A stretch of DNA of 64,000 bases from Octopus bimaculoides (Eukaryota), in the NCBI RefSeq assembly GCF_001194135.2, contig NC_068987.1, forward strand, positions 16,216,904 to 16,280,903, written 5' to 3'. The translations under genes were made by a program, and so were the position numbers. This document shows, one piece after another, positions 11,829 to 24,400 of this stretch. The notes under the pieces were generated by a model. That model had not been told where the DNA came from, made no database searches, and saw only the letters and a program-made list of their open reading frames with translations. Numbering within the stretch: the stretch's first letter is position 1; the number at the start of each line of letters is the position of its first letter.

Positions 11829-13373
11829 AATGCATATATACTGAAAAGGTTAGGATTGGTTCCTTGTTGTTGCTGTATGTCATGTTGTGGAGTCCTACCA
11901 ATTTCTGGTCAGTGGCTTTTCCTCTGGTCATGTTATAGTAATTTGTTTTATTCTCCCACTACCTTAGTTGAAGGGGCATTTTCCTTTACTTTTCCTGTCT
12001 TGCAAGTAACTTGGGAACCTCACTAGTGCTGGTTATACGGTAGGGTGTGGGGGACAACACGCTTTTTATACATTGTAAAGTTAAAGTAGTTGGTGTTAGG
12101 AAGATCATCCAATATTAGAAACCATGCTAAATCAGAGAGTAGAGCTTTTCACAGCCCTTTGGCTCATTGGCTTCGCACACACACACNNNNNNNNNNNNNN
12201 NNNNNNNNNNNNNNNNNNNNNNNNNNNNNNNNNNNNNNNNNNNNNNNNNNNNNNNNNNNNNNNNNNNNNNNNNNNNNNNNNNNNNNNNNNNNNNNNNNNN
12301 NNNNNNNNNNNNNNNNNNNNNNNNNNNNNNNNNNNNNNNNNNNNNNNNNNNNNNNNNNNNNNNNNNNNNNNNNNNNNNNNNNNNNNNNNNNNNNNNNNNN
12401 NNNNNNNNNNNNNNNNNNNNNNNNNNNNNNNNNNNNNNNNNNNNNNNNNNNNNNNNNNNNNNNNNNNNNNNNNNNNNNNNNNNNNNNNNNNNNNNNNNNN
12501 NNNNNNNNNNNNNNNNNNNNNNNNNNNNNNNNNNNNNNNNNNNNNNNNNNNNNNNNNNNNNNNNNNNNNNNNNNNNNNNNNNNNNNNNNNNNNNNNNNNN
12601 NNNNNNNNNNNNNNNNNNNNNNNNNNNNNNNNNNNNNNNNNNNNNNNNNNNNNNNNNNNNNNNNNNNNNNNNNNNNNNNNNNNNNNNNNNNNNNNNNNNN
12701 NNNNNNNNNNNNNNNNNNNNNNNNNNNNNNNNNNNNNNNNNNNNNNNNNNNNNNNNNNNNNNNNNNNNNNNNNNNNNNNNNNNNNNNNNNNNNNNNNNNN
12801 NNNCAGCTCTACTCTTTTCTTTTTATCTCCCCCCCCTTTCTCTTACTGCCTTCACAGTTCTCTTTCTTTTTCTGTTTTTTTCCTCTCTCTCTGTTTTACC
12901 TCTCTTTCCCATCTCTTCTTAGTTCCAGCTCTTTCTCTCTTCCTTTCTTAGTTTCACACCCTCTCTCTTTCTACATACTCTTTTATTTCTTTCTCAAACT
13001 TATTCCTTACTTAGCTGTACACTGCAGCAAGACTAAAAGAAATTCTTACTCATTAGGGCTGTGGACTCAGTGCAGATCTATTCATAAGACTTCTAATTGG
13101 AGAAAATGCTGTTGTTTAGCCCTGGGTCCGGCTGGATTGAGGAGACCGATGATGAAAAGTGTTGCAGCCATCACCCTTCTGTTCCTTTCCCAGTCACTCC
13201 GTCACTTATGACGTCGAGGGTTCCAGTTGATCCAATCAACGGAANNNNNNNNNNTCACAAAGCTTTGGTCGGGCTGAGGCTATAGTAGAGACACTTGGCC
13301 AAGGTGCCATGCAGTAAGAGTGATCCTGGAACCATGTGGTTGATAAGCAGCTACTTATCACCCAGCCACAACT

Positions 13374-13404
<31 letters not shown>

Positions 13405-13772
13405 GATAGATAGATAAAGGAATGCAATGATGTTGATTATTGATATGGTCAAGCAAGATCACCTTGGGAGAGTGTTCTGCATACTAAATGGAAATGTGGT
13501 AGCATCTCATTCCTTAGCTCCACCTCTTTCTCTCATCAGCTCTACCTCTTACTCTCATCAGCTCTACCTCTTACTGTGCCTCCCTCCTTAGCATTACCTT
13601 TTCCTCTCTCTTCTTAGCATTACCTCTCTGCCTCTCACTGTAACCCCACCCACCTCAGCTTGCCTCTCTCTTCTTCCTCAGTTGGCTTTCCTCCTCAGCT
13701 TAACTTCTCCTTCTTGACTCTGTTTCTCTCTCTTTAGCCCTTCCTCTTCCTCACTCTCTCCTTCCACTTCTA

Positions 13773-14009
13773 CAGCTCTACTCTTTTCTTTTTATCTCCC
13801 CCCCCTTTCTCTTACTGCCTTCACAGTTCTCTTTCTTTTTCTGTTTTTTTCCTCTCTCTCTGTTTTACCTCTCTTTCCCATCTCTTCTTAGTTCCAGCTC
13901 TTTCTCTCTTCCTTTCTTAGTTTCACACCCTCTCTCTTTCTACATACTCTTTTATTTCTTTCTCAAACTTATTCCTTACTTAGCTGTACACTGCAGCAAG
14001 ACTAAAAGA
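13773..14009. repeat. Exact 237-bp duplicate of 12804-13040 (probable assembly artefact)
   Basis: Both copies run CAGCTCTACTC...GACTAAAAGA with no difference seen, and each abuts an N gap. Confidence 0.85.
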
Positions 14010-14393
14010 NNNNNNNNNNNNNNNNNNNNNNNNNNNNNNNNNNNNNNNNNNNNNNNNNNNNNNNNNNNNNNNNNNNNNNNNNNNNNNNNNNNNNNNNNNN
14101 NNNNNNNNNNNNNNNNNNNNNNNNNNNNNNNNNNNNNNNNNNNNNNNNNNNNNNNNNNNNNNNNNNNNNNNNNNNNNNNNNNNNNNNNNNNNNNNNNNNN
14201 NNNNNNNNNNNNNNNNNNNNNNNNNNNNNNNNNNNNNNNNNNNNNNNNNNNNNNNNNNNNNNNNNNNNNNNNNNNNNNNNNNNNNNNNNNNNNNNNNNNN
14301 NNNNNNNNNNNNNNNNNNNNNNNNNNNNNNNNNNNNNNNNNNNNNNNNNNNNNNNNNNNNNNNNNNNNNNNNNNNNNNNNNNNNNNNNNNNNN

Positions 14394-14702
14394 TAGCATG
14401 CAAGTGGCTGAGCACTCCACAGACACGTGTACCCTTAACGTAGTTCTTGTGGATATTCAGCGTGACACAGTGTGACAGGGCTGACCCTTTGAATTACAGG
14501 CACAACAGAAACAGGAAGTAAGAGTGAGAGAAAGTTGTGGTGGAAGAGTACAGCAGGGTTCGCCACCATCCCCTGCCAGAGCCTCGTGGAGCTTTTAGGT
14601 GTTTTCGCTCAATAAACACTCACAACGCCCGGTCTGGGAATCGAAACCGCGATCCTATGACCGCGAGTCCACTACCCTAACCACTGGGCCATTGCGCCTC
14701 CA
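14394..14702 (-). mobile_element. tRNA-derived SINE family C
   Basis: Reverse complement begins GGAGGCGCAATGGCCCAGTGGTTAGGGTAGTGGACTCGCGG...GGTTTCGATTCCCAGACCGGGC (A- and B-box-like); near-identical to 57324-57694. Confidence 0.85.
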
Positions 14703-17577
14703 CTTTCCCAGTCACAGTGCAGCTAAAACTATATGCTCCAATATGTTCATTTTTTTTTTTAAAGAAATTAGACTGTAATTTGAGAGAGATTTGACTGCTA
14801 TTTCTAACATGGTGAAAGACCAGATAAAGGACTCCTTCTCTAATTGGTGCATATAAACATTTAATTGGTGCAGACAAAGTACACCTTCCACTATTTTATT
14901 CCATGCTCTTGTGTTTCATACTTCAAATCTCGCCAAAGTTTTTGTATTTTTTCCTTGAATTCTCAGTTTGTCTCCCTTCTCAGCTTTAACTCTCCCTTCT
15001 CTCTTTTTCCCCTTCATCTCTACAGTTCTGCTTCTCTTTCTTTATTCCCCCCCTTCTTTCTATCTCCAAAACTCTGCTTCTCTGTAGAGAGTTTCTGGAG
15101 ACTACACCAAACAGGTTCTTCAATCTTAAAAAAAAAAAAAAAAATCCTAAAAAAGAAGACACTTTACATTGAATGTCATCCTAGATATACTATGCCTCAA
15201 TGAAAGAAGGAAATGAATAATTATAACTGGCATGTCTTTTATAACTGCACCCCTCAAACTAATTAACTACAACAAGCAACTGGAGTTAATAAGAGAAGTG
15301 CCAAAATTACTTAGATATATATTACATCATGGTCAAAAGTAATTCTTATTTGTCATAGGTGAAAATAGAAGAGAGGGAGCAGAATTAGACGCTGCTCCTG
15401 CTGCTGTTGTACTCCACTTTTTATTCTAATTGCTCATTAGTTATCCTGCACTCTGGTATTGTCTTAAGCTGCTCCTAACAAGTACCAACTAAGGCTGCCA
15501 GTTATGTTCAGTTATCATCCCTAGTCACACTGCAGAATCCCGGGGGGNNNNNNNNNNNNNNNNNNNNNNNNNNNNNNNNNNNNNNNNNNNNNNNNNNNNN
15601 NNNNNNNNNNNNNNNNNNNNNNNNNNNNNNNNNNNNNNNNNNNNNNNNNNNNNNNNNNNNNGTAAACGGGAGTAAAGATTACTTCATTCATCTATGGAAT
15701 GCCAGTGAGTGTAACCTTACTACATATTTCATTATACTTCTTCATTATTTATGAAGATTTGTATTGTGTGTGTATGCGTAGTCTTGTGGTTTAGTGGTTA
15801 GGGTGTTGCACTTGTGAGTATAATGTGTGTATGCATACATATGTATGTTTTGTGTGTGTATGTGTATATATGTATATGCATGTGTATGCATGTATGTATG
15901 TGTATATATGTATATGCATGTGTATGCATGTATATATGTGTATATGTATGTACACGTGTGTAAAACATTTCTATGTGTACATATGTATGCGTGTATGTAT
16001 GTGTATTTATGTGTGTGTGTATGTATATATTGTATGTATAAGTATGTGTATATCATCTGGCATAGAATGGCATGATAAGCATGCAGCATTTCTCAGTGCA
16101 CTCTGCACTGGAATAATTGACTGGAATATTTATTGTTAAGCCCTGCCAGGTCAGACTTGATTTTGCAAACCGAAGATCAAAAGCATTCCATCTGTCAACA
16201 CTTAATGTTTTGTATATCTTGAACCACAATGTCCGTCCAACATGCCTTTTCTTTATTAAGATGATGAGGTATGATTGAGGGGAGATTGGGCTGCTATTTT
16301 AGCATGATAGAGTGACCATGCAAAGAATGTTTTGTTAACTTTCTTTGTCATATTTTCAAATGGTGTGTCTTGTTCATATGGAGAGCAAGTTTATTAAAAG
16401 TTTCTCTGGGAAAAGATGACGAAAGACTGGTTGAGCTTCCTGCTGTCACACTTATAGTTATCTTCAGAGTTTTGTAAATGAAGAAACAGTAATTTCTTAT
16501 AATATATAGGCTCAGGCATGGCTGTGTAGTTAAAAAGTCTGTTTCCCAAGCACATGGTTGTGGGTTCAGTACCACTGCATGACATTTTGTGCTGGTACTT
16601 GCTTCCTACTATAGCTGTATATTGACCAAAACCTTTGATTGAATTTGATAAACTGATACTTAAGGAGATCCTCTGTGTGTGTGTGTCTCCAAAAGGATGC
16701 ATGAACCTAATGTAGGTTCAACAACTATCTAGCAATAACATGGGCCTTCAGAAATTCTGGGCTGGTGTCCAACATGCTGGAAGAACATTGGGAGTGAGGC
16801 ACTTCTTAGCTTTTGTTAAAATATGTCTCTTAGAGACGGTCACTCTGATATGAAAGTAGATATGCTGGGAATGATAATGAACTTTTGGGGAATCTTGCAC
16901 TTATGATCATGATGCTACCATGTTCCTGAGCTTGTAACCCATATTGACCCTGGATTTCTTGCCTTGGCCTGTCTCTGGATCATATCAGTAGGGTGGAGAG
17001 GGTTTATGAGTTGTTGCACAATCTTTATTTGACTTTAAATTTTAGGTTGTGCAATTACTGGTGAGGCAACTATTTGATACCTGGTCGAGTAGGAGGGTAC
17101 TGTGGAAAGCATGGAAGTTGCGGGCACAAACCTGGGTGAAGGTGACTGTTGGTGCGATAATCTCATGAATGGCTATTGCTGGCATTTTGTATGGGCAATG
17201 GTCAGTGATTTCTTTGGTCATGTGTGGACAGACATCATCATCATATATATGTATGTGTTTATATGTAATATGGGTGTGTATGTGTTTATATGTAATATGG
17301 GTGTGTATGTGTTTGTCTCCTTGTCTTGAGATTGCACAATGGTTGTCAACAAGCGTTACCATCATACATGTAGAAATATTACCTTGCTTGGAAACAGGTA
17401 GAGTTGGTGAAAAGAATGACGTCTGTCTGTAGAAAATCTGCTTCAATGAACTCTGTCTGATGTTTGCAAGCATGGAAATGTGGACATTAAAATGACCATG
17501 ATGGTTTGTGAGCCAAGCACTCTTAATTAGATTTGTGTCTGCTCAGTCCTTACATATGCTAAGCTGACTGTGTTTAA

Positions 17578-18020
17578 CCCTTTAGCATTTAGATTATTCT
17601 CTTATATGTAATGCTTATTTATTCACATTACTTTGAATTGACTATGCATTATCCTGTGGCTTCAATATTTCAACGAAGCAATTGTATATTTTTAGAATGA
17701 CATTGTAGTGTAGGTGTGAGAGGCTAGACCTGGCCAGTTTGAACATAAAATGGATAGAATTTTGGGCCAGGTATGGCTGGTTTAACCCATTAATGCATAG
17801 CTTCCAGAAAAATAGATGCAGGAAAAATTAATTTTGCCTGTTAAGTAAACTACCTATTGAGCTTATTTTTAGTATAGTCTGCCTTTAAACTAGTGCTCTA
17901 TGAATGAGCAGGCACTGCGTACTTACAAACCAATTATACACACATACGAAACAAGTAATAGTAATTTTTCCTGCATCCATTTTTCTGGACGCTATGCATT
18001 AATGAGTTATATGTTAAAAG
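17578..18020 (-). mobile_element. piggyBac-type MITE (same family as 59926-60145), interrupted by a second MITE
   Basis: TTAA|CCCTTTAGCATT at 17574-17589; body matches 59926-60145 in reverse; a degenerate distal end (ATGTTAAAAG) resumes after 18010. Confidence 0.75.
17786..18006. mobile_element. piggyBac-type MITE with 45-bp terminal inverted repeats
   Basis: 17786-17830 versus the reverse complement of 17962-18006 match at 42/45; flanked by TTAA (17782-17785) and TTAT (18007-18010). Confidence 0.85.
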
Positions 18021-18306
18021 ATTGGGTAAAGAGAGTTCTGTCCTATTGTGATTGGCTGGCATTTTAGAATGGGTGTGATTGCATTTGTATGCACAAACAT
18101 ACATTTTTTTTATGTCTACTGGTCTATTAAGTCGTTTCTTTTTTGCTGATTTTCCAGATGTTTCAATGGAAGGATAAGTTAACTCCAGGTAAAACACCTT
18201 CAATCGCCGTCCGTGACAAAGAACTACTCTCTCTCTTATTTGGGAAAACCAGAACAAAAACAAAACCAAACAAAAGCCTCAAACATTCTGGGAATATCAA
18301 ACTACA

Positions 18307-18358
18307 ATGGCGACATACCGTGAAGAAATTGTGCGAGCAGAATTGAAAACTCCACCTG
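18307..18358 (+). CDS. KANK: KANK, probable first coding exon (MATYREEIVRAELKTPP + 1 nt)
   Basis: ACAATGG Kozak-like context, in-frame TGA upstream at 18214, donor G|GTATGT at 18359 in phase 1, matching the phase-1 acceptor at 21462 (G+CT=Ala). A pyrimidine-rich acceptor TTTTCCAG at 18157 suggests the exon spans 18158-18358. Confidence 0.65.
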
Positions 18359-18419
18359 GTATGTATAAGTACAAATTACATACTCTTTTATTTTGTCACT
18401 GGGTTTGATGTTGTTGTTG

Positions 18420-18627
18420 TTGAGCTTGTAGAATCGTTTATTACGCAGGGCAAAATGCTTAGCAGCATTTCATCTGTCTTCTTGTTCTGAGTTTGAATTC
18501 TGCCAAGATTAACTTTGCTGTTCATCCTTTCTTGGTGGATAAAATAAGTACCAGTTGGGGGTTGATGTAATTGACCCACCTCCCCAACCACCTCTGAACT
18601 TGCAGGCGTTGTGCCAAAATTTGAAAC

Positions 18628-18661
<34 letters not shown>

Positions 18662-19130
18662 TAGTGATCTGGCAGAATCATTAGCACTCTGGACGAAAAA
18701 TGCTTGGTGGTATTTCACCTGTCACTACATTCTGGGTTCAAATTCTGCTGATGTCAACTTTGCCTTCCATCCTTTTGGGGTCAATAAATTAAGTACTAAT
18801 GAAACACTGGGGGTTGAAGTAATCGACTAGTCCCCTCCCTACAATTTCAGGCCTTGTACCTATAGTAGAAAGGATTATTATTCTTCTTCTTCACTGAGTT
18901 ATGATGACGAACTGACAGAATTGTTAGCACGCTGGGCAAAAATGCTTAGTGACAGTTCGTCAGCCCTCATGTTCTGAGTTCAAATTCTGCCAGAATTGAC
19001 TTAGCCTTTCATGCCTTCGGGGTTGATAAAATAAGTACCAGTTGAGTACTCGGGTTGATGTAATCGACTTAACTCTACTGCTTCGAACTTAATGGCCCTG
19101 TACCCAATTTTGAAACCATTATTATATTTC
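18420..19130 (+). mobile_element. Three head-to-tail SINE family B copies
   Basis: Copies at about 18420-18630, 18660-18880 and 18905-19125 share AAAATGCTTAG...GTTCTGAGTTCAAATTC...AAGTACCAG...GATGTAATCGAC and end in (ATT)n. Confidence 0.85.
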
Positions 19131-19775
19131 AGTTATTATTTTTTGTTTACATTTGCCTATGCTAGGGGAAGAAACCCAATGCTGATGACTATTTTCCTGG
19201 TCTATGACTGTCAGGAGGAAACCAAGAAGTTATGCTGTGGTTTGAGAGCCGGTCTGGATGTATGCAACAGAACAGACTCTGCTAAAGGGAAACCCAAAGG
19301 CCACCGAGAGGTGGTTTTAAACTGAACAATAGCCTTATAACCACTCTTCACTCTGTTAGCATTCTTACTTCTTGAAGTGGTCCAATGATAACTGGTTTCT
19401 TCAAGAATTGATTTAGAACAGTTGTTCTCAACTGAGGTCTATGTGGCTCCGGAGTCTCCATATATGATTTTTGGGGATCCATGCAACAAAATAGTAAATT
19501 GGGGACCCACAATAGTATTTGAAGGGCTCTTGAAAAAATTTCGCTTTAGATGTATGTATTGCAAGAAACAATTAGGGTTCTTTAATGTTTTGCATAGTTC
19601 AACCTACGCAAGTTAATATGTGAAAAATGAAATAGGAGTTTTGAAAGGAGTGTCTATAAAACTCGCTTTTAAACATCAAATGGCTGTTGGGGTCCACCAG
19701 AATGAAGTAGTAATCAAAAAGGTCCATAGATAAAAAATGGTTGAGAAACTCTGATTTAGTGGGTTACGTAAAAGA

Positions 19776-19868
<93 letters not shown>

Positions 19869-20400
19869 GTGTGGTTGAAATAGTAATGTACCAAGCAAAA
19901 TGGCTAGCATCATTTTAATTTCAACCTAAATGTGACCTTTCATCCTGCCAGGATCTATAAATTATGTATCATTTTGATATGCTAAAATCTGGTTTAGATG
20001 ACTACACCCTTTCTTTTTTCCTAAAAAAATATGTTGTGGCTGTGTACTAGTAGAAGGCTAATCACCACCATCACCTCCGCAGCTGCCACTATCGTCATCA
20101 ACATCATGATCACCACTACCACCAGCATTGCCACTACCATCATCTTAACCACCATCACTACCATCACTGCCACTGCCACCATTATCAAATTTCCATGTAG
20201 ATAATATTAGTGGATGAAACTTCCTCAATTCTCAAGAACTTTGAAGGACTCTCTCGCTGACAGCTGGATAATAGTGTTTACAACAAACTTTGCTGTATGG
20301 CTTTCAGTTAACCATTTTTAAAAATTTATTTCTCTCAGTTCCTTGAACAAGTGTATTGGTAATACCATTGCTAGTCTTGCTTAGGTCCTAGTCAACTCTG

Positions 20401-20654
20401 ATCCAGCTGAGCTATGGTTAAAAGCATTCCAGCCATGATAGTCTATGACTGTCCAAACACGTTATGGTCAAAAGCATTCCTACCATGACTGTCCAACTGA
20501 GCTATGGTCAAAAGCATTCCAGATATGACCATCCAGCTGAGCTATGATCAAAAGCATTCCAGATATGACCATCCAACTGAGCTATGATCAAAAGCATTCC
20601 AGCCATGACAGTATAGCTGAGCTATGGTCAAAAGCATTCTAGTCATAGCAATCC
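20401..20654. repeat. 40-bp minisatellite, about 6 units
   Basis: Unit CCARCTGAGCTATGRTCAAAAGCATTCCAGMYATGACYRT repeated at 40-bp spacing; the first unit is 10 bp longer. Confidence 0.9.
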
Positions 20655-20964
20655 ATTTTATTCCCAAAATAGTGTCATCTTGCGACTAGCTGCATGGCCT
20701 AGTGGTTAAAGTGTGGGTTAATAATAATAATAATAATCATAAGGTGGCCAGTTCACTTCTTGGACTGGATTCTACACCAGTGACCTTGAGTTGTTTGGGT
20801 CAACTATATCACTCATATAGCTCTGGGATTGATAAAAACAAGTACTGATCAAGTATAAAGCTTGGTTAACTTAATTACAAGGCTTTCCTCCACCATTACA
20901 AAAGAGAAAAAAAATCTGTGACCTTGTGCCATTGGAAAAGCCTAATGGTATTGCTGTTATAATA

Positions 20965-21375
20965 ATATGTTAATGCTGGACAAAATGCTTAGCAGCATTT
21001 CTTTTGACTTTTTGCGAGTTCAAATGCCATCAAAGTCTACTTTGACTTTCATCCTTTGGTAGGTTGAAGTACTAGTTGAGCACTGGGGTCAATGTAATCG
21101 ACTAGTCTCCTCCCCACAGTTTACGGGCTTTGTACCTACACTAGAAAGGATTATTATTAAGACAGTGAACTGGTAGAATCGTAGTGCCTTCGACAAAATG
21201 CTTAGTGGCATTTCGCCTGTCATTACATTCTGAGCTCAAATTCCGCTGAAGTCAACTTAGCCTTTTATCCTTTGGGGGGGTTGATAAAATAAGTACCAGT
21301 TGAGCACTGGAGTTGATGTAATCAACTTACCCATCCATTGAAATTGCTGGCCTTGTGCCAAAATTTGAAAACGTT
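20965..21375 (+). mobile_element. Two head-to-tail SINE family B copies just upstream of the giant exon
   Basis: Same motifs as 18420-19130; the second copy starts inside the ATT tail of the first. Confidence 0.85.
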
Positions 21376-21462
21376 ATTTTTATTATCATTATTATTATTA
21401 TTATTATTATAATCATCATCATCCTCCTCCTCCTCCTCCTCACCACTTGTTTTCCATTGCAG

Positions 21463-24400
21463 CTGGGCCACCGCAAACCCAAAAGTATCAAGTGCAAGTC
21501 CGAGCTGTAAAAAGTCAGAGCAGTGAAAGTGGAGATGAGCACTGTACGTGTTGTCCGTATGGATACCACATTGATTTGGATTTTCTCAAGTACTGTGAAA
21601 ACATGTCAAATGGCAACACACTCAAACAGCTCAAGAAAATCAAACGCAACAAAAAGAAGTTGCGTAAATCGATGGAATTCATATTGGATCAGGAAAGTGG
21701 GACGGCGACTGAAAACTCTGAACTTCCACCTGACATTGTCCACTCAGCTGACGCTAGCCGCATTTTAAATATAGTCGAATATGAATCATCAGCTACGCGT
21801 AACATTCTTGAGGAAATAGATTCATCAGTGAATGCCAAGATTAAAATGGCTGGAAGACAGGCTTACATGATGCAATCTTCCTATGACAACAATGATACCA
21901 GTGAAGCACTGCATGCTAAATTTGGTACCTTTCCTTACAAGAATGCTGTCCAGGAAGAAGCTTCTGTTCCCTGTACGTTGGGCCGAACTGACTCTGTGAG
22001 TTCCATCTCATCCCTGTCTACAGTTTCTAGTGAACAAAATTACCCCACGACTAACACAATGTACGAACATTCCTCACACCACACAAAAAGTACTTTCCGA
22101 ACAACCACAGTAACTTCATCAGAATTGGCAGCAACCATAGCAACACATTTTCCACAACAGAATGGTTCTAGCCCAGCCCATAATTCTGTAACCTTTGACA
22201 GCCAAAATTCGACAATGATTAGCAAAGCATCTTTGGAGGCAATCCGCGAAGCAATGGCTGTTAGCCTCCAGCGAATGAGAGAACTGGAAGAACAAGTGAA
22301 AGCAATTCCAGTGCTGCAAGTTCGGATTTCTGTCCTCAAAGAAGAAAAACGGCTCCTGATGCTGCAGCTGAAAGCTCAGAACCACAAACTCAATCAAAGA
22401 AGCATTGGTGTTAGCAACAGCACAACTACTTCAGAAAAAACTGTAACAACTTCAGAAAGAACTTGTAGGACTCTAGATGAAATAACCAGCCGTATTCATG
22501 TAGAACCTCCAAAACAGAATGAACAAATACAACATAAGCCATACCCCCAACCTCAATTTCACACAGTTCAGACTGTTGCTGTCATTAAGACTCCCACTAC
22601 TCGTTCCATAGGAATTGGAGACCATTCAATTGAGGTTCCTTATGATATCCAACCTGACTTGAGTTCAGCATATTTCTCACAGAAATATCCAGATACTCAT
22701 ACTGAAACTTGGGAAAAAGAAACCATCATTTTGCAGCCAGTTCATTCAGAGGTTTCCCATACTTCTCATGTTTCTCAAGTTTCTCAAGTTTCTCAACTTG
22801 CCCAACATGTTTCTTCTACATCAGCTGAACATCTTGTTTCCCCAAGCCCAGCTGCTGTCAGAAGCCCCAAGCCAGTTACTCGAACTGTCGGTGTTGGTGA
22901 TGGAAATGTCTACGACCAATCTGACTCCGGTCTCCACATTCACGAGAAAGAACTGCGCACACTTATTATTGGTCAGCCATCAACTTCCCTGTCTAAACGT
23001 AATGTTGGTGTCGAGTGCAAGGTATCGACAAGAGATGTTGGTATTTCTTATATCTGTGATGACTTGAAGCCTTCTATGCGTTCAGTAGGTGTCGGTACCG
23101 ATGATGGTAGCCTTTCATCCACATGGAATATTCATTTCAAGAGTGAAGAAATCACAACAGCTATACGTCAAGTTTTGAGTAAAAACGTCCGCAGCGTAGG
23201 AGTTAGTTGTCACATGCATGCATCGGGTAAAGAGGCAGGAACACAATACAGATGGGAAGTGAGTACTCGTAGCATAGGTTGTGGTAGTTACAGGGTAGAT
23301 GATGTTCCCCCTGAGCCACAGAAACAAGTTCGCACATTTTCTGTTGCTTGTGAAGCAAAACCCACTCAGACACACCGTTCCTGTCTAACTGAAAAAGGAT
23401 GGACTATGGAGCAAGGTACACTCACTGATTCCCTAAATGTGGAGCACCGATTCACTAACACGCCCAGAGCAATCTGTGTCAATTCCTCGACAATAACAGA
23501 TAATCCAAAACTCAAGATGAATGGCTGTCAAACAGATGTCAAAATTTTCATGGCTCTTGAACAGATTTGCAATCGCAGCTGTAACACAGATATTCCAAAT
23601 CTACGGACAGTTGGTGTCAATACACAACGGCCTACTCTCTCGACATCCAACTATGAACTCGATATCTTCTCAATTGAAAATATAAAAGAAAAAATCGAAC
23701 ATTATCAAACGTACACCGAGAAAACTATTTCTGGCTCCAGTGAAAGTTCTTTTTCACAATCGAGCAAGACCACCAAGTCAGGAGACCTCTCACAGTATGG
23801 TGATGGTACTACCATCCATAAGAGACAACAGGGTGAGTTTCAAGGTCAGTCTTCACAATCGTCATCATCTTTAACATCAGCACCATCAACGGAATACAAT
23901 ACAATCAAATCCTCTGTCACATACGAGTCTTCAGGAGGACAGTCTTCTGATGACCAGTCTTCTGGTAGACATGGTGGTACTCAAGGTATGACTGTGAAGC
24001 AACGGTCGGTGAAGGCTCCAGACATGATGTCCTCCTCATCAAGTGTAAAAACAACTACATATTTTCAGTCAGATGCTCTTGATTCTGACTCTAAAACTTC
24101 CAAATCTTCCACTTTAGATGCTGAAAGAAGTGCATTTCTGAGAAATATGGCTGAAAGTGCAAAAATGTCAATGATGGGTCTAACAGACTCTAAAACTGAA
24201 GGTCAGACAGTTATTTCAGGCGTCAGACACAAGCAAGCTGATGGTGCCAATGTAACTGTCAGCTCAAGAGTTGCTGGAAATCAACAAGTTAGCTTGGGTA
24301 CCATTGTAGACCAACAACATGGCATGAGTTCCACTGGAGATCAACGATATAGTTCAAGTGTCACAGGAGACCAATGGGTTAGCTCGAGTGTTTCTGGAGA

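Noticed and set aside
20401-20654. CRISPR-like appearance of the regular 40-bp repeats (also 2876-3180)
   Set aside because: Units are contiguous with no unique spacers, there are no cas genes, and the context is eukaryotic.
21447-21462. TTG start of the 1815-aa ORF
   Set aside because: Lies in the pyrimidine tract of the 21462 acceptor; the true start is in an upstream exon.
22300-23600. SxIP-like EB1-binding motifs (KAIP, TDIP, SELP)
   Set aside because: They do not fit the consensus well (acidic context or inside the coiled coil), so they are not called.
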